A DNA stretch of 46,988 nt from contig MHDB01000026.1 in the NCBI GenBank assembly GCA_001816835.1, positions 10,312 through 57,299 on the forward strand. Direction: 5' to 3'. Source of the stretch: Candidatus Woykebacteria bacterium RIFCSPLOWO2_01_FULL_43_14 (GTDB lineage: Bacteria > Patescibacteriota > Microgenomatia > Woykebacterales > 2-01-FULL-43-14). Under the pieces are notes generated by a model. It was not told where the DNA came from, made no database searches, and worked only from the letters and a program-made list of their open reading frames with translations. The position numbers were made by a program, and so were the translations under genes. This document shows positions 42,951 through 46,988 of the stretch, in pieces (position 1 is the stretch's first letter; each line of letters starts with the position of its first letter).

Positions 42951-44834
42951 ATGAAATTTTTGGAAGTAACCTACTCAGCTTTCAAAAAAAGGCCATTTTT
43001 AAATCCAAAGCATCGTAAGGTCGTTAAAGTTATTGTAATATCGACTTTGATTTTGGTGCTTTTGGGCATACTTTACTTCCTGATTAGTTACCCACACGTT
43101 CAGTCAACTTACGCCGCAGTGAAAAAAACAGCTGAGCGAGCCAAGTCTCTTCAACAAAGCCTAAAAGATCAAGATGTGGTTGGCGTGCGGGAGCAATCGA
43201 TTTTGCTTCAGACTGATCTCAAGGAGACTAAAAAAGAAGTTGACTATTTCTGGGTACTAGGTTATATACCGATACTTAATTGGTACTATAGTGATGGTGT
43301 TCACCTACTCAATGCGGGGAGTATTTCAACAGAGGCTGCCGTAATAGCCTCAGATGCCTTGATCCCTTTTGCCGACAGTTTAGGTCTTCGGGGAGGCACT
43401 GATGACGGTAACGCTGAAGAAAAAGCCTCAAAGCTTGTCCAAATTATGCCCAAGATTCTTCCCGAGATAGATGTTCTCCAAGAAAAAATTACCCAAGTTA
43501 GGAAAGAAATTTCTCCGATTAACCCTAATATTTATCCAGAGCAAGTAGGCGGTATCAAGATAAAATCAGCTCTTAACACCTTCAAAGGATTAATTGAAAC
43601 AGCCAATAGTATAGCGCCAGAACTAAAACCGATTCTTACTATTTTGCCCAGCAGCCTGGGGGACCCTAAGCCCAAAACTTATATGGTTATCCTCCAAAAT
43701 GATGCCGAAATCCGTTCAACCGGCGGATTTATTACCTCAGTTGCTTACATAACACTCTCAAAAGGCAGGATTGTTTCGGTCAAGAGTGAGGATATTTACC
43801 GACTTGACGAAAGAATCAGGAATCACCCGGTAGCTCCTGAACAAATTAGAAAGTATCTTAAGCAAGAGAAACTTTTCCTAAGGGATACGAACCTTTCAGC
43901 CGATTTTGTGGTGTCTATGGATGCTTTCAACTCCTTATACCAATCCTCAGACGAAGTGGTGAGCTACGATGGTTTTATTGCCTTAGATACCAAATTTGTG
44001 GAAAAACTACTGAGTGTGACTGGACCGGTCACCACTGATGCTTACGGGGAGACTTTTTCGGCTGACCCTTCGGTGAATGGAATTTCAGACGTTGTTTATA
44101 AACTTGAGCTGTATTCTCAAAAGTTGCTTAGACAAACTGATGACCGTAAGGAACTCTTAGGTGATTTGTTAGATAGCCTTATGAAAACGGTTCTTAGGTC
44201 CCCGACCGAAAAATGGCAACCTTTGATACAAGTTACTATCGAGTCTGGTCAAGAGAAACATCTGATGGTCTATTCTTTTGACAAAAACACCCAAACCTTG
44301 ATTGAAAAGTATAATCTGGCTGGAAGAATTATCGATTATGATGGAGACTATTTACACGTCAATGAAAACAACTATGGTGGTCTGAAATCTAACCTTTTCG
44401 TAAACGAGGTGTTTGAGCAAGAAATAGATATCGGAAACGATGGCGAAGTAACTAAAACTGTTAAGATCCACCTAAACAACCCTTTTCGGGACGATGGTTG
44501 GCTCAACGGGACTTACAATGATTACCTGCGGCTTTATGTCCCTCAAGGTTCTAAATTGGATAAAGCGAGCTCAAGCACTTCAGCAATTGATACCTCGACT
44601 GACTTTGGTAAAACAGTTTTCACGACATTCGTGAGCGTTGGCCCCGAAAGTAGTAAAACAGTTGAGATTACCTATAAGTTACCGTTCAAAGTGAAAAAAG
44701 GCCAGCCATATAAGATGATGGTTCAAAAACAGCCTGGCGCTAAGTCTCATCAAATGATTGTTAAAATTAACGGCAATCAAGTAGAGAATACTAAACTAGC
44801 AACAGATAAAGAATTCAGCTTCAAGATTCCCTAA
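42951..44834 (+). CDS. DUF4012-family protein (N-terminal TM anchor plus large extracytoplasmic domain)
   Basis: One TM (VIVISTLILVLLGILYFLISY) and the family-typical block YMVILQNDAEIRSTGGFITSVAYITLSKGRI. Confidence 0.7.
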   Translation: MKFLEVTYSAFKKRPFLNPKHRKVVKVIVISTLILVLLGILYFLISYPHVQSTYAAVKKTAERAKSLQQSLKDQDVVGVREQSILLQTDLKETKKEVDYFWVLGYIPILNWYYSDGVHLLNAGSISTEAAVIASDALIPFADSLGLRGGTDDGNAEEKASKLVQIMPKILPEIDVLQEKITQVRKEISPINPNIYPEQVGGIKIKSALNTFKGLIETANSIAPELKPILTILPSSLGDPKPKTYMVILQNDAEIRSTGGFITSVAYITLSKGRIVSVKSEDIYRLDERIRNHPVAPEQIRKYLKQEKLFLRDTNLSADFVVSMDAFNSLYQSSDEVVSYDGFIALDTKFVEKLLSVTGPVTTDAYGETFSADPSVNGISDVVYKLELYSQKLLRQTDDRKELLGDLLDSLMKTVLRSPTEKWQPLIQVTIESGQEKHLMVYSFDKNTQTLIEKYNLAGRIIDYDGDYLHVNENNYGGLKSNLFVNEVFEQEIDIGNDGEVTKTVKIHLNNPFRDDGWLNGTYNDYLRLYVPQGSKLDKASSSTSAIDTSTDFGKTVFTTFVSVGPESSKTVEITYKLPFKVKKGQPYKMMVQKQPGAKSHQMIVKINGNQVENTKLATDKEFSFKIP

Positions 44835-44869
44835 CTAGCAGTCCATTTTTGTTCTCGAGGTTAAGTGGG

Positions 44870-44875
44870 TATAAT
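44870..44875 (+). promoter_or_regulatory. consensus -10 TATAAT 9 nt upstream of the recO ATG 44885
   Basis: GGGTATAATAATAGGTGTATG, with no SD. Confidence 0.4.
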
Positions 44876-44884
44876 AATAGGTGT

Positions 44885-45649
44885 ATGAGTTCTTACCGAA
44901 CTGAGGCTGTAGTAATTAAGAGTAGCGATTTTGGTGAGGCAGATAGGCTTCTCACCCTCTACACTAGGAACAAAGGTAAACTAAGCGCGATTGCCAAGGG
45001 TGTTAAAAAACCTGAGAGCCGTAAGGCCGGTAGTGTTGACCTTTTAAGCCATGTGTCTCTTTATCTGGCCGAAGGTCGTAGTCTAGATATTATTTTAGAA
45101 GCCTCTCTTCTTAATACCTTTTCCAACCTAAGACAAAATCTGCATTTAATCGCTTCCTGCTACGCGATACTAGAGTTGGTTGACCAAATTACTCCTGATC
45201 GGCAGGAGAACATAGAACTGTTTAGGCTGCTAACCCAAGTTCTCACAAAGTTAGACGAAGTAGTGAAAGATGAAGATGCTGGGAAAATTCTAACAGCTTT
45301 TAAAATTAAGCTTCTAACTAACACTGGATTCAGACCTCAATTGGTAAAGTGTGCCAACTGTTCTTCAATCTTGACTACTGCGAGTAATCGTTTTAGTGCC
45401 GCTTTAGGTGGTGTTTTATGCGGTGCTTGTGGTAATCTGGATAAAGCTAGCAGGCCGATTTCTAGCCAGGCCATAAAGATCTTAAGATTTATTCAAGATG
45501 AGGATTATGATCAGGTTATGAAACTTGATTACCCAAAAGTACTAGGTATGGAAGTAGAGCAACAAATTCGGTATTATTTGGAGTATTTACTAGAAAAAGA
45601 ACTTAAGTCAAACCACTTTGTAGAGAAAGTTAATGGTCTAAGTAGTTAA
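44885..45649 (+). CDS. recO: DNA repair protein RecO
   Basis: OB-fold N-terminus YRTEAVVIKSSDFGEADRLLTLYTRNKGKLSAIAKGVKK and a C-terminal zinc motif, CANC...CGACG. The start is trimmed to ATG 44885. Confidence 0.9.
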   Translation: MSSYRTEAVVIKSSDFGEADRLLTLYTRNKGKLSAIAKGVKKPESRKAGSVDLLSHVSLYLAEGRSLDIILEASLLNTFSNLRQNLHLIASCYAILELVDQITPDRQENIELFRLLTQVLTKLDEVVKDEDAGKILTAFKIKLLTNTGFRPQLVKCANCSSILTTASNRFSAALGGVLCGACGNLDKASRPISSQAIKILRFIQDEDYDQVMKLDYPKVLGMEVEQQIRYYLEYLLEKELKSNHFVEKVNGLSS

Positions 45650-45654
45650 ATCAT

Positions 45655-46988
45655 ATGGATGATCAAAACCAAGACAACTTAATGACAGAAATAACCTCCC
45701 TTTGTAAACGTCGAGGATTTATTTACCCTGGGTCGGAAATATATGGTGGTCTCGCAGGAACTTGGGATTATGGTCCGGTAGGCGCCTTGCTTAAGAAAAA
45801 TCTAAAAGATCTGTGGTGGAAGGAAATGGTCCAACTTCGGGATGACATAGTGGGCGTTGATGCAGCGATTATGATGAATCCTAAGGCTTGGGAAGCAAGT
45901 GGTCATGTCGAAGCTTTCACCGATCCGTTAGTTGAGTGTAAGCTTTGTCATAGACGGTTTAGGTCTGACAAAGAAGATGAAATTAAAGGGCATGAAAGAG
46001 AACACGAAAGTGACAAAAGTTTACAAAGAGAGAAAATGGCATGGACGGAGCCACAACAATTCAATCTTTTAGTCAAGGCGTATTTAGGAATTGTGGAAGG
46101 TAAACAGTCCGAGATTTTCTTGCGTGGGGAAATTACTAACGGAGTCCAGGTTAACTTTCGTAATGTGGTCGACTCGACACGGGTCAAGATTCCTTTTGGG
46201 ATTGCCCAAATCGGGAAGGCTTTTCGTAATGAAATAACTCCGGGAAACTTCACGTTTCGTTCTCGGGAGTTTGAACAAATGGAAGTCCAGTTTTATGTCA
46301 AACCTGATGAAGCCGAGGGAACAAAATGGTTTGATTACTGGAAGCAAAATCGAATGGATTTTTACCTTTCCTTGGGTATGAAGAAGGAAAATCTTCGTTT
46401 TCGTGACCACGCACCGGATGAGCGAGCTCATTATGCCAAGATGGCAACTGATATCGAGTATAATGCTCCTTTTGGTTGGTCGGAGTTTATGGGAATTCAC
46501 CATCGGGGAGACTGGGATCTCAAAAGGCATCAAGAGTATTCGGGACAGGATATGAGCTATTTTGACCAAGTGAGTGGGGAGCGGTTTATCCCTTGGGATA
46601 TAGAGACTTCGGCGGGAGTGGATCGCTCACTGCTGTTTGTTTTAATTGACTCATACACAGAAGATGGTGAGCGAGTGTATCTAAAACTTCATCCGAAACT
46701 AGCCCCCTACAAAGCCGCCGTTTTTCCTTTACTGGCAAATAAAGAAGAGTTAGTATCCAAGGCGAGAAAAATTTACGAAGATCTAAAATCTAGTTTCATG
46801 GTCGCGTGGGATGACCGAGGAAATATCGGAAAACGCTACGCAGCTCAGGATGAAATTGGAACACCCTTCTGTATCACGGTAGACTTCGATTCCCTTCAAG
46901 ATGAAGCAGTGACTATCCGAAATCGTGATAGTGCCACCCAAGAACGCGTTGCTATAAAAGATCTCAGATCTTTCATCTCTGATAAAAT
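45655..46988 (+). CDS. glyQS: glycine--tRNA ligase (class II, single-chain GlyQS type); 3' end truncated by the window
   Basis: Not in the ORF track because it has no stop in the window. My translation reads MDDQNQDNLMTEITSLCKRRGFIYPGSEIYGGLAGTWDYGPVGALLKKNLKDLWWKEMV...GIAQIGKAFRNEITPGNFTFRSREFEQMEVQFY...GNIGKRYAAQDEIGTPFCITVD. Confidence 0.92.
   Translation, partial: MDDQNQDNLMTEITSLCKRRGFIYPGSEIYGGLAGTWDYGPVGALLKKNLKDLWWKEMVQLRDDIVGVDAAIMMNPKAWEASGHVEAFTDPLVECKLCHRRFRSDKEDEIKGHEREHESDKSLQREKMAWTEPQQFNLLVKAYLGIVEGKQSEIFLRGEITNGVQVNFRNVVDSTRVKIPFGIAQIGKAFRNEITPGNFTFRSREFEQMEVQFYVKPDEAEGTKWFDYWKQNRMDFYLSLGMKKENLRFRDHAPDERAHYAKMATDIEYNAPFGWSEFMGIHHRGDWDLKRHQEYSGQDMSYFDQVSGERFIPWDIETSAGVDRSLLFVLIDSYTEDGERVYLKLHPKLAPYKAAVFPLLANKEELVSKARKIYEDLKSSFMVAWDDRGNIGKRYAAQDEIGTPFCITVDFDSLQDEAVTIRNRDSATQERVAIKDLRSFISDK

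Noticed and set aside
45948-46569. Two minus-strand ORFs (101 aa and 161 aa).
   Set aside because: Both lie antisense within the clearly recognisable glyQS coding sequence and are shadow ORFs.
1-46988. CRISPR arrays, rRNA or tRNA genes, prophage structural genes, and known defence-system signatures.
   Set aside because: I saw no regularly spaced direct repeats and no RNA-gene-like conserved blocks. Intergenic space totals only about 1.3 kb, and nearly all long ORFs (two excepted) have envelope-glycan, transposase, protease, lipid-hydrolase or housekeeping assignments.

Overview
This window is almost entirely one very large cell-envelope glycan locus from a low-GC (about 35-40% by eye) bacterium. 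The gene content resembles small-genome uncultured lineages such as CPR/Patescibacteria, but that taxonomic guess is inference only. All family calls rest on motifs I recognise by eye; no searches were run.

In about 45 kb I count:
- 9 polytopic GT-C-type membrane glycosyltransferase candidates: 4 stand-alone ArnT/PMT-like genes, 2 DUF2079 paralogs, 1 YfhO-like, 1 unclassified, and 1 O-antigen-ligase::ArnT-like fusion.
- 11 GT4 genes.
- 4 GT2 genes, two of them DPM1/Ppm1-like polyprenol-phosphate-sugar synthases.
- 2 Wzx-like flippases.
- 1 WbaP/PglC-type initiating phosphoglycosyl transferase.
- A DUF4012 protein.
- Nucleotide-sugar genes gmd, wecB/mnaA and manC.
- A SAM methyltransferase and an FAD oxidoreductase.

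Two accessory patches interrupt the locus:
- An AT-rich island (about 17.1-19.3 kb) carries an alkaline-ceramidase-like 7-TM protein, a 55-aa zinc-ribbon ORF missed by the ORF track, and a small-protein plus retropepsin-like aspartic protease pair.
- A RAYT/IS200-like HUH-Y1 transposase (about 38.8-39.6 kb) is flanked by inverted 13-nt palindromes. It sits next to a visibly GC-richer segment holding an unknown 119-aa ORF and a GT4.

The right end returns to housekeeping genes (recO, and glyQS truncated by the window edge). I found no rRNA, tRNA or CRISPR array.

Observations from reading the DNA:
- Operon-first genes show a recurrent leaderless-type promoter geometry, with a -10 box 6-11 nt from the start codon.
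- A perfect 14-bp hairpin of exactly 39 nt sits in-frame inside one GT-C paralog.
- The C-terminus of another GT-C-like gene looks frameshifted.
- A small family of CAC-N-CCNGG-N-GTG palindromes is confined to intergenic DNA.
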